Virus record (IMG/VR): IMGVR_UViG_3300029286_000020
Coordinates: 27,549-91,548 of that record
Direction: 5' to 3' (one strand)
From: a virus
DNA length: 64,000 bases
In this document: positions 29,230-37,535 of the stretch, in pieces
How positions within the stretch are numbered: the first letter of the stretch is position 1
Layout of the letters: every line of letters begins with the position of its first letter
The notes under the pieces: generated by a model
Database searches by the model: none
The model's input: the letters and a program-made list of their open reading frames with translations, nothing else
Told to the model about the DNA's origin: nothing
Position numbers and translations under genes: made by a program

Positions 29230-29997
29230 TCAGGCCAGCTCAAAGCCACCAATCTCAGGGTCCTCTTCAACCGCAAGCGCGATCTCGATGCCCTTCGACT
29301 TGGCCTCGTACTTCTCCTTCGCACGGGCGCGGGCGATCAGCTCGACGGCGCGACGGTTGATGCCTTGCGTCCTGCCGAACAGTGGGTTGGCCGAGTCGCG
29401 AGCGTCGAAGCAGGCGTCGATGAGCGCCTTCTTCTCGGAGTCGGTCAGCTCACCATTCTCCAACCCAATCTTCTTCGCCGCATCGCGAAGGAGCTTCTGA
29501 GCGCGAGCCGACTTGTTCAGGAAGTCCTTCACCGATGGCCCAAGGCCCTTGGCCGTGAAGGCGATGCCATCAGCGATGTCCTTGTCGGTCATCGTCTTGA
29601 TGTCGACGCTGCTCGACTTCTTCCCGACGGAGGGCGTCACCTTGTAGAGATCCCACGCCAGCGCGAGGCTGTAGAACGCTTGACGGGCCTCGGCGAAGGG
29701 CCCGTAGATGCCGTCGACAGCGTGCTTCATCTTCAGGCAGGCGGATTCGGTGTCCATCGCGGCCCGCTTCGCGGCAATGCCGCCGTCCGCGATGGCTGCC
29801 TCTTCGGCAAACTTGGCCACCTTCGCCGCAGCCTCCTCCAAGTCGTCCCCGGACTTCACAGCTTCGCGGAAGCCATTCGCCGCCTTGAGAGCGTCCCCCG
29901 GGATGTCCGTGCTGGCTCCAGCGTCCTTGACTCCCTTGGACTTCGCAGCCTCAAGGATGGAGCGGGTCTGATCGGCGAGGCGCTTGAGGTCGGACAT
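29230..29997 (-). CDS. Hypothetical helical protein, possible head-internal protein
   Basis: SD AGGAG; N-terminus MSDLKRLADQTRSILEA resembles a prohead-protease-cleaved leader. Confidence 0.65.
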   Translation of the reverse strand: MSDLKRLADQTRSILEAAKSKGVKDAGASTDIPGDALKAANGFREAVKSGDDLEEAAAKVAKFAEEAAIADGGIAAKRAAMDTESACLKMKHAVDGIYGPFAEARQAFYSLALAWDLYKVTPSVGKKSSSVDIKTMTDKDIADGIAFTAKGLGPSVKDFLNKSARAQKLLRDAAKKIGLENGELTDSEKKALIDACFDARDSANPLFGRTQGINRRAVELIARARAKEKYEAKSKGIEIALAVEEDPEIGGFELA

Positions 29998-30053
29998 CGA
30001 AACTCCTGATGAGAGGTCGGGACGGGAGACCGTACCCCAACGCAGAAGTCCTC

Positions 30054-30863
30054 TCAAGAATCAAGGACCGCTTTGGCCGTATCTTTGGACTTGTCGAGCG
30101 CCTTCAGAGCCTGCTTCCCTGCCTCTTCAATGAGGGGCGCCAAGAAGTCGTTGACGTCTTCGTTGGCGTGCTTGCAGTAGGCAAGAACCTTGTCGAGGGC
30201 CTTCTTGGTGTTGCGATTCATTTGCACATAGATGTGCTCTTGCTTGCCGAACGAAAACACCATGAAAGAGAGGTTCACCGTGTCGCCGTGCTTGGCGAAG
30301 AGGTGCTGAAGGATGTTGGAGAGGTCTTCGACTGTCTTGGCTTCCTTGGCTTTGTCGTCGAACTCGTCCTGTAGCTCTTTCGGGAGCGACTTCTTCAGCC
30401 CGCGCTTCACATCGCCGACGATCTTCTGGAAGCCCTTTGTGTCAGCGTAGCCCATCAGCTGTTGGAGAGCGTCGGCGCCGTACTTCGTCGCCATTTCTCC
30501 GTAGAGCTTGGCGAACTTCTCTGGATCCAGTTTTCCCTTCAACACGTTCAATCGAACGGTGACGAACTTCTGAAGATCCTCGTCTTGCCACTTCGAGTCT
30601 GAAAGGACCGCACAAGGCAGTTCGTCGAGCCCAATGATCTTGGCTGCCTGCCAGCGATGCTCGCCACCGATGATGCGATAGGTGCCGTCGTCCATCGGCA
30701 CCACTTCGAGGGGATCTAGGAAGCCCACGTCGCGGATCTCGTCGACGAGACGCTGAAAGGTGATCTCGTCTTGACCCTGTGGGTTCCACGAGTTCGGGTG
30801 AATGAGGTCGATGGGGATGTGACGAAGTTCGATGCGACCGGGTTTGACGTCAGGATTGCTCAA
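30054..30863 (-). CDS. ParB/Srx N-terminal domain protein
   Basis: IPIDLIHPNSWNP...GFLDPLEV...YRIIGGEHRWQAA. Confidence 0.85.
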   Translation of the reverse strand: MSNPDVKPGRIELRHIPIDLIHPNSWNPQGQDEITFQRLVDEIRDVGFLDPLEVVPMDDGTYRIIGGEHRWQAAKIIGLDELPCAVLSDSKWQDEDLQKFVTVRLNVLKGKLDPEKFAKLYGEMATKYGADALQQLMGYADTKGFQKIVGDVKRGLKKSLPKELQDEFDDKAKEAKTVEDLSNILQHLFAKHGDTVNLSFMVFSFGKQEHIYVQMNRNTKKALDKVLAYCKHANEDVNDFLAPLIEEAGKQALKALDKSKDTAKAVLDS

Positions 30864-30872
30864 GGGGGCGTC

Positions 30873-31094
30873 CTATTGGATGACTTCGACGAGGGTAGCG
30901 CTCTTGGAAGCAACCACCTTCATCTCATTGGTGAACTGGTGAAAGAGCGTGTCGCGATCCGCGTCAGATGACGCGTCCAGAGCCTGCAACCAAGCCTCGT
31001 CGCCGAAGCGAGACCGCCACCGTTCGACAACCGAGGCGAGGAGGTTCAGTTCACCTGCGAGAAGTTCGGCGGTGATTGGCCACGGGTTGTTCAA
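30873..31094 (-). CDS. Small hypothetical protein
   Basis: 73-aa ORF filling the gap, coupled to the upstream gene. Confidence 0.45.
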   Translation of the reverse strand: MNNPWPITAELLAGELNLLASVVERWRSRFGDEAWLQALDASSDADRDTLFHQFTNEMKVVASKSATLVEVIQ

Positions 31095-32152
31095 TTGGAC
31101 TCCGGTTCGTCGGTTTGTGACTTGGCAGCTTTGGCAGCGGCAGCAAGGGCACCGAGGCCATACACCACCTCGTCGTCGTCGTCGACCACCACCAAGCGGA
31201 GGCCCACCGACTTCTCGATCTTGGAGAGGAAGCGGAGACGCTGCTCGATGGACGCACCACTCCAGTCCGCCCCCGAGAGAAAGTCGAGGCAGATGAGCGA
31301 GATGAGCGTGGAAGGCGCTTTGGTGTCGCGACCAACCAGATCCTGTGCGCGCTTGAGGGCAAGGTTCACCGTCTCAGCCTGCTCAGACTCCAACTGGAAG
31401 ACCTTGCTGACCCACTTCCGGTCCACGAACGCTTCGCTGGCGGTGTCCGCGTAGTCGCCGGTCGGGCGAGCTTTCGGTGCTGGAGGTACCGAGTGCGGAA
31501 TAAGTATTGCTTTACTGGGCTCTGCGCCCGGTATCTCAGGTGAGTTCTCGGTTGGAAGCATCCCCTCAGGAATCTCGTTGGAGGCCAAGACGGGGTCTGG
31601 CTGACGTGCGATGTCGGCTTGAATCTGGCGGGCCTGTTCCATCGCGACGGTGCGCTTGATGATCTCGACCAGTGTCGTGTAGTTCACCGTCTCTGCGCGG
31701 TCGATCCACTCGACCATGTTCGCCTTCGTGAGAACGCGGACCAGCTCTCGGGCCTTGGACCAACCCAAGCGGATGAATCGCTTCTTCAGTTCCGGGTTCT
31801 GTCCGAGTCCGTCCAGTTCCACTTCGACGCGGTAGAAAATGCGTACCAGACGCTGCGCCTTCTTGTAGTGAAGGGACAGCTCCTTCTCGGCAAATTCACC
31901 GATGTTGTTGTAGCCCCACTTTGCCAGCACGGAGCCGTTCTTTGGATCGCCGTCCACCGGGGCGTCGTAGATGCGGTAGAGAATCTCGCCGAGTTCGAGG
32001 TAGCCCGTCTCGACTTGCTCTGCGAGCACCCGGGCCCGGTGTCTGATGCGACCTGCCCACGACTTCGATCCCACGTCGACGTCGACTCGGTAGTTCTTGG
32101 GCTCCTCTTCAGGGTTCGGGATCAACGTCAGAGCGGCGGTTGGGTTCGTCAA
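31091..32152 (-). CDS. Putative DNA-binding protein (HTH-like N-terminal half)
   Basis: TTG start with SD GGAGG; ELGEIL...FAEKELSLHYKKAQRLVRI...LGWSKAREL. Confidence 0.55.
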   Translation of the reverse strand: MTNPTAALTLIPNPEEEPKNYRVDVDVGSKSWAGRIRHRARVLAEQVETGYLELGEILYRIYDAPVDGDPKNGSVLAKWGYNNIGEFAEKELSLHYKKAQRLVRIFYRVEVELDGLGQNPELKKRFIRLGWSKARELVRVLTKANMVEWIDRAETVNYTTLVEIIKRTVAMEQARQIQADIARQPDPVLASNEIPEGMLPTENSPEIPGAEPSKAILIPHSVPPAPKARPTGDYADTASEAFVDRKWVSKVFQLESEQAETVNLALKRAQDLVGRDTKAPSTLISLICLDFLSGADWSGASIEQRLRFLSKIEKSVGLRLVVVDDDDEVVYGLGALAAAAKAAKSQTDEPESN

Positions 32153-32480
32153 AGATTCCTCCACGGATTGGCTGCGGCGGGCCAAAGAAAGACAGCTCCC
32201 ATGCCCGTATCTCAGTCGCTCGTCCAACGGGAGAGTCGCGGTTCATCAGCTCGCCTTCGACGAGGACGTAACAGCCTTTCTCCAGTTTTCCGCGACACGC
32301 CTCAACGAGCCCGTCGATGTAGACGTTGATTTTGACGCAGACCGTCAAGCTTCCTCGGTTCGTGGGACGCTCGGACTCGATGAAGAACGTGCAGGCGTCC
32401 GCGCCTTGGACGTGGGTTTTGGAGAAGGTGATGCGATCAGTGACGTGTCCAGCAATGAAGACTCGGTTGAGGCCGCGCAT
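32109..32480 (-). CDS. ssb: Single-stranded DNA-binding protein (bacterial SSB-like OB fold)
   Basis: LNRVFIAGHV...LEKGCYVLVEGEL...TEIRA. Confidence 0.75.
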   Translation of the reverse strand: MRGLNRVFIAGHVTDRITFSKTHVQGADACTFFIESERPTNRGSLTVCVKINVYIDGLVEACRGKLEKGCYVLVEGELMNRDSPVGRATEIRAWELSFFGPPQPIRGGIFDEPNRRSDVDPEP

Positions 32481-33088
32481 TCAACCATCCTTCGCAGAAG
32501 CAAGACCTCCGCACTATCGCGGCAAGCGACTACAGCCGCAAGTGCGTCATAAGGGTGCTCAATCTGGCTGGCTGGGATACCAGATTTCGTCATCAAGCCG
32601 GTGGGCCCCACGAGGTCGGCACGGAAAAGAAGGTTCAGCGATGCCTGTACCTCCTCTTTGGATGCGGACTTATTCTGGCACATGGTCTTCTTGATCTCTT
32701 GCGGGGACGCCTGCGTCACAGGGATCCTCTTGAGCGCCGAGAAGGCCGCAATCACCCCCCAGCACATCGCCATCTTCGCCGCGACGGAGGAGCTTCGGGG
32801 GAAGGACATCGTCTCCGCGCAGATGATTTTGATGTCGTAGGACGACACCACAGAGTTCAGCCACGAGGCGATCTCTTTGGCACGCTCCAGATTGTCGTCG
32901 GAGGCTCGGACCTTCCGCTTTGCAGTCGCCTTTGAGGTGCGACACACAGTCATCTTCACCGGACGGTCGTCCTGTGGATTTGGTCCGACGGCGTAGACGC
33001 AGAGGCCGATCGACGCGAAGCCCGGGTCGATGCCCAGCACGTAGAGAGGCCGGAAAGAACCAAGCGGGGCGAGAGGAGACTCGTTCAT
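32345..33088 (-). CDS. ruvC: RuvC-like Holliday junction resolvase
   Basis: VLGIDPG, ICAE, SPQEIKK...ASKEEV, HPYDALA. Confidence 0.85.
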   Translation of the reverse strand: MNESPLAPLGSFRPLYVLGIDPGFASIGLCVYAVGPNPQDDRPVKMTVCRTSKATAKRKVRASDDNLERAKEIASWLNSVVSSYDIKIICAETMSFPRSSSVAAKMAMCWGVIAAFSALKRIPVTQASPQEIKKTMCQNKSASKEEVQASLNLLFRADLVGPTGLMTKSGIPASQIEHPYDALAAVVACRDSAEVLLLRRMVECAASTESSLLDTSLIASPSPKPTSKARTPARSSSSPSVPRTEEA

Positions 33089-33432
33089 CGTCGACTCGGT
33101 GGGATGCGAGCGGCGGTTCGCTCTGTGAGAATGACTACGCCAAGGACGTCGTCAGCGTCTTTGGACGAAAGGCGCCCATCGGTGAAAACAAAGCGTCTGT
33201 CTGAGTTTCGTTCAATTGAAGCGATGGTGGACGGTACGAGAGGGCTTTGAGATTTCCCCCATGCGCTCTCGTAGAGAACGCACGCGCCGCAGATGAACAG
33301 CGGCGACTGTCGACCAACAGTGATGCCCCACCGGGCTTGTGGCTTGTCGCACTTGGCGCAGTGGGCGCCCCACAGCTTCTGCGGAAGAGGGTTGACAAGG
33401 CTCAGAGATGCAAGTGGGTCGTCGCGCATCAC
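33085..33432 (-). CDS. Hypothetical Zn-finger protein
   Basis: CAKC...CGAC; ATGA overlaps at both ends. Confidence 0.55.
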   Translation of the reverse strand: MMRDDPLASLSLVNPLPQKLWGAHCAKCDKPQARWGITVGRQSPLFICGACVLYESAWGKSQSPLVPSTIASIERNSDRRFVFTDGRLSSKDADDVLGVVILTERTAARIPPSRR

Positions 33433-34268
33433 GGGCTACCGAAGCAGGCTTTGGAAACCGGGCACGCCTTAGCGCGAGCGCAGGAGTCGTTGCCGCAGAT
33501 GCGGTCGGGCAGGGTCTTCGATTCCATACCGGACCATACGGACCTGATGAGGTTGCGGACAAGGTCGATGGTGTCCTCGTCGCGGTCGATGTGATGCTCC
33601 ACGAGGCTGCCAAGCCCGCTCTCGGCCTTCTGCCAGTAGAGGATCTTCCCCCACTTGAACCCGGTGAACATCATGTAGATGTGGGTCTGCACCATGTGCG
33701 CGATCTGTGGCACCTGCTTGATCTCCCGTCCGCCGCGCTCCCCGATGCTTTTGATCTCAAGGATGCCCATGCCTTGGAGGCCGGGAAGCACAAGGAACCC
33801 GTCGCTGTGCCCCGTCAGTCGCAGCGCGTGGTCGACGAACTTGTGCTCGATGAATCGGAACGCTGCGCTTTCGCACTTCAGGCACACCTTCGGCATTGGC
33901 CGGGACCAGTCCTCCGGGCGTGTACCGTCGATGTATTCGCCGTATCGCTTCAAGCACCCCAAGCACTCCCACGTCCCGTAGAGCACGCCCGACTGGCCAA
34001 GCAGCTCGTTCTGAACAGCCCAATGGAGGGCGGTTCCGTGCAAGAAGGTCAGGTTGAGGCCGACGTCGACGGTGTCCCTCCGAACGATCTTGTTGAGAGT
34101 GCAGAGCACCTCTTCACGAGCGCAGAGCGATGGAATTCCAGACGCACGGAGGTAGCTGGCGACGGGATCGAGCGGTTGTTTCGGCTCATCCCGAACAAAA
34201 GTCTCAGAGATGATTCGGAGAAGCGACCCATGGCCGGTCTCTCCCCGCAGTACGTTGGCAAGGCTCAT
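33429..34268 (-). CDS. Cas4-like / PD-(D/E)XK exonuclease
   Basis: RAS...CARE, GTALH, GHSDG, LEIKS, QTHIYM, C-terminal Cys cluster. Confidence 0.8.
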   Translation of the reverse strand: MSLANVLRGETGHGSLLRIISETFVRDEPKQPLDPVASYLRASGIPSLCAREEVLCTLNKIVRRDTVDVGLNLTFLHGTALHWAVQNELLGQSGVLYGTWECLGCLKRYGEYIDGTRPEDWSRPMPKVCLKCESAAFRFIEHKFVDHALRLTGHSDGFLVLPGLQGMGILEIKSIGERGGREIKQVPQIAHMVQTHIYMMFTGFKWGKILYWQKAESGLGSLVEHHIDRDEDTIDLVRNLIRSVWSGMESKTLPDRICGNDSCARAKACPVSKACFGSP

Positions 34269-34287
34269 GTCCGGTGGAGTAACAGAC

Positions 34288-34728
34288 TCAGTCGACCGTT
34301 CCCCAGAGGACGTCCATCCAGTCGCGCCGTTTCCCAGCTTCGGATGCAGGGGACTTCCAGCGATGCCCGGACGGCTCGACAAAGGTCTCCTCGGTGTCGT
34401 TGCACTCGCAGTCGGCTCGATGCTCCTGTTTGACAGCGAGGAATAGGTGTCGGGCACGCCCGGGCTCGTGGTTGTCCTCCTCGGCCTCCTGCATTGAGAA
34501 CGACTTCCGCACGAACGCTATGTCTTTGTCGCTCACGACGGCGTTGAGACGAGATGCGCTGACGTGCCACGTTGGGGTGGTGGCTTCCTTGTCGATCGGG
34601 GACGTCATCAGGTCGACGGCGCTGATCACCAGCAGCCCACCGCACTTCCAAGCAGCGGACTTTTCCTCAAGAACCCCGGGGCTCTTTATAGGTTTCCACA
34701 TGGGAGAGGACGGATGTCTGGGGGTCAT
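34288..34728 (-). CDS. Hypothetical protein
   Basis: WHVSAS...EEDNHEPG.ARHLF; fills the gap between neighbours. Confidence 0.55.
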   Translation of the reverse strand: MTPRHPSSPMWKPIKSPGVLEEKSAAWKCGGLLVISAVDLMTSPIDKEATTPTWHVSASRLNAVVSDKDIAFVRKSFSMQEAEEDNHEPGRARHLFLAVKQEHRADCECNDTEETFVEPSGHRWKSPASEAGKRRDWMDVLWGTVD

Positions 34729-34737
34729 GGAGCCTCG

Positions 34738-35184
34738 TCAGTCGCCGGATGCGAGTTTTCTCATCCGCTCGAAAACATCAAGCGGGATGACGACGAGGTC
34801 AATAGGCTTTGAAGACGGACTGTGGTGCTTCTCGAAGGTGATGAACAGCGCTGGGTCTTGTCCAGCAGCGCGAGCGCCATCAACAACCTGCAGCCACCAT
34901 TCCCGTTTGATGGACATGGTCGCCGTCTCAGTACGCTTATGCTCGACCCAGAAGTCTCCGATCGTGAGGTCGCCTCGGAGGGTGATGGTTTCAGGTCTTT
35001 CGTCGCCGGTCTGGGCTCGGATGGCGTGCCTTGAAAGCCGCTTGGCTCCTGACTGCGGGAGGCGCTTGCCACCCAGCTTGTCGGCAAGCCGGGTCTCGTG
35101 CTTCTTTGATCGCTTGAAGCGGTCGTAGTTGGGGTCCAACCACTTTGGAAGCGCACGCTTCTCCGGGGGATCCTCCTCACTCAT
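34738..35184 (-). CDS. Hjc-like PD-(D/E)XK resolvase/endonuclease
   Basis: HETRLA...SGA...GD...VEHKRT. Confidence 0.7.
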   Translation of the reverse strand: MSEEDPPEKRALPKWLDPNYDRFKRSKKHETRLADKLGGKRLPQSGAKRLSRHAIRAQTGDERPETITLRGDLTIGDFWVEHKRTETATMSIKREWWLQVVDGARAAGQDPALFITFEKHHSPSSKPIDLVVIPLDVFERMRKLASGD

Positions 35185-35446
35185 CGATGCGCTCCCACGT
35201 GTGTTCACAAATTCTGCAGGTGCAGACGACCTTTATGGGGAAGGTCAGCCCTGCACCCTGCTCGACAGTCACAAACGACATGGCGCACTTGGGGCACTCG
35301 TCAACATCAGGGATGGGATCGACGGAATCGGACTGCAGCGCGGCGATGACAGCATCGGTGGCTTGACGGTCGATCGCAGGTGGAGTGAACACACTCCGAA
35401 GAAAGTCCTCCATCGGGTCGGCGCTTTCGACGCCGTCGTCCGTCAA
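35177..35446 (-). CDS. Small Zn-ribbon protein
   Basis: CPKC...CRICEHTW. Confidence 0.55.
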   Translation of the reverse strand: MTDDGVESADPMEDFLRSVFTPPAIDRQATDAVIAALQSDSVDPIPDVDECPKCAMSFVTVEQGAGLTFPIKVVCTCRICEHTWERIDE

Positions 35447-36690
35447 GTTCCCTGCTGAACCGACTTCAGCAGGACGTCCGTCACCATCCGCTTGAAGATC
35501 GGGTCCGCCACCAGTCGCTTCTCGATTTCCGACTTCTTGCCAAAAGACTCCCCGAGAATTTTCCATGACGTTCCTCCTCCCGAGACAAGCCCGAGTCGCT
35601 CCGCGTGATCGAGGATGAAGTCCTCGTAGTAGAAGTCGCCCAGAGACTTGCTCTCAGAGTCCGACAACATCATGCGGAAGTCGTAACCGACCTTCGCGGT
35701 GCTTGACTTCGACTTGTCGAGAGAGAAGCCAAAATCCGCGTAGAGGGGGCGTTCGCCAAGCTCGTCCATCTTGAACTTGCCGGTCTTCATCTTCATCTCG
35801 GTCCAAGACATGAACCCGGGAGCCAGTCCGCCCGGAGTGGTCTCAGGATTGCCAAACATGACACCGATCTTCATTCGGATCTGGTTGGTGAAGAACAGCG
35901 TGGGCCTCTTCCCGGTATCCGTCATGACCGAGTTGAGGGCAGCGGTGAACTTCCGTACACCCTTGCCGAGCACTCGCGCCTGCTGGCCCATCAGGTCCTT
36001 CTCGATGGCCTCTTCAATCTCCTTGGCAGGGGTGAGGAAGGCGATGGAGTCGATCGCCAAGATGTCACACTTGCCAGACCGCAGGAGAGCCTCGCCGATC
36101 GACAGTGTCTGTTCGGCGTATTCGGGCACGGAGATGAGCACTTTGTCGAGGTCGCAGAAGCGACTGGCCCAAGCGGCGTCCAGCGCACCTTCGACGTCGA
36201 TGTAAGCGATGACTGGCTCTCGGGGTCGCTTGCAGATGCATCGGTCCATATACATCCAGCACTCAGCGCACATCTTTTGAGCCTCTCCGAAGGTCGAGTA
36301 GAGGGCTGTGGTCTTGCAGGAGGACTTGTGGCCGATCAGCGTATGGACACCGCCTTGCGCCCATCCGCCCTCCAACGCAAAGTCGATCGGGAAGATGCCC
36401 GTCGGGATGCGACGAACCTTCCGGGCTTTGATCTCAGACCCTTGGATGAGAGATTTCTTCCCGTAGGTCTTCATCGTCGCCGCGATAATTTCCGACGACA
36501 GCAGAGCACCGAGCTGCGACCTTGAGTCGTAGCCGGGTTTGATGCGCGACGAGATGACGTCCGCCGTGGTCTCTGGAACAGCATCGTCAACAGCAGCGGA
36601 GATTGTCTCCGCAACAGACGTCGCATCTGCAGATGCAGTCTCGTCAGTGTCAACGTCTACGTCAGTAGGCTTCTTCTTCTTGGATGCCAT
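35443..36690 (-). CDS. recA: RecA/UvsX-like recombinase
   Basis: IPTG...GHKSSCKTT, YIDVEGALD, IDSIA, MGQQAR, FTNQIRMKIGVMFGNPETTPGG. Confidence 0.93.
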   Translation of the reverse strand: MASKKKKPTDVDVDTDETASADATSVAETISAAVDDAVPETTADVISSRIKPGYDSRSQLGALLSSEIIAATMKTYGKKSLIQGSEIKARKVRRIPTGIFPIDFALEGGWAQGGVHTLIGHKSSCKTTALYSTFGEAQKMCAECWMYMDRCICKRPREPVIAYIDVEGALDAAWASRFCDLDKVLISVPEYAEQTLSIGEALLRSGKCDILAIDSIAFLTPAKEIEEAIEKDLMGQQARVLGKGVRKFTAALNSVMTDTGKRPTLFFTNQIRMKIGVMFGNPETTPGGLAPGFMSWTEMKMKTGKFKMDELGERPLYADFGFSLDKSKSSTAKVGYDFRMMLSDSESKSLGDFYYEDFILDHAERLGLVSGGGTSWKILGESFGKKSEIEKRLVADPIFKRMVTDVLLKSVQQGT

Positions 36691-36701
36691 AGGGCCTCTT
36701 C

Positions 36702-37481
36702 TCAGAAAGGTGTGTTGGACTTGGTTCCGGATGCGATCTGGCGGATCGCTTTGACTTCGGTCTGGATGCGTTCCTCGGTCCACTTCTTCGCGAAAGAGAA
36801 GGCGCCGTCGGCCTCTTCGGGGTAGCAGGGGAGTGAGATGCGGACGTCGATGCGCGCGCTCTCGTAGTTGCCGATGTTCAGCGTCAGCCCGTAGCCGATC
36901 TCAACCATCGCTGGAGTGCTGACAAAGGTCCGGACCGCGATCTCCTCGTCCTTCGTCGCTGGGAGGCCGATCTTCCCGTACACCGTCGTCACGGTCGCCG
37001 TCGTCGGCTTCACCGTCTGCGGAATCGGGGCAGGAGCGGCAGCCGGAGCTGGAGGTGTTGCGGCAGGCACTCCGATAACGCCAGAGTCGGTGAGAGCGAC
37101 AGGCTCGGCGCGTGCTGCTTTGCCGGACGGGTAGACACGGATGCTTTCGCTCGGAGGTGCTTTCGTCTTGCGCGCTTCCGGCTTGAGCCGAGGACGGCCC
37201 GTAGGCGTCAGCAGAGGCACTCCGTTCTCGTACAGGTGCGTCTCGGGGGTCACGAGAACACCCTTGATGGTGACGGCATCACCGGCAGTGAGACTGGCGA
37301 CAGTGGTGATTGTGGTGGCGTCAGCCGGTGGTGGCGCTGCAGGGGCAGCGGACGCTTCTGGCTCAGAAGGAGCGGCGGTCTGCTGGATCAGCGCTTCGGC
37401 TGCTGCCACCTGCGCGTTGACTGCGGCAATGGCCGAGTCAACGGCTTGGTCGAGGGCAGAAGGAACGACGGTCGGCTGCAT
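36702..37481 (-). CDS. Hypothetical protein
   Basis: Ala/Pro-rich N-terminus; conserved-looking C-terminal GLTLNIGNYESARIDV. Confidence 0.65.
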   Translation of the reverse strand: MQPTVVPSALDQAVDSAIAAVNAQVAAAEALIQQTAAPSEPEASAAPAAPPPADATTITTVASLTAGDAVTIKGVLVTPETHLYENGVPLLTPTGRPRLKPEARKTKAPPSESIRVYPSGKAARAEPVALTDSGVIGVPAATPPAPAAAPAPIPQTVKPTTATVTTVYGKIGLPATKDEEIAVRTFVSTPAMVEIGYGLTLNIGNYESARIDVRISLPCYPEEADGAFSFAKKWTEERIQTEVKAIRQIASGTKSNTPF

Positions 37482-37535
37482 GTGGAACTCCCGGTGACTG
37501 CGTGCTTTTGTCGAAGTAACAGGGTTCCCGAGGGC

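Noticed and set aside
33429-34268. Cas4-like gene as evidence of a CRISPR-Cas system
   Set aside because: No repeat-spacer array or other cas genes seen; solo Cas4-like nucleases are common in phage recombination modules.
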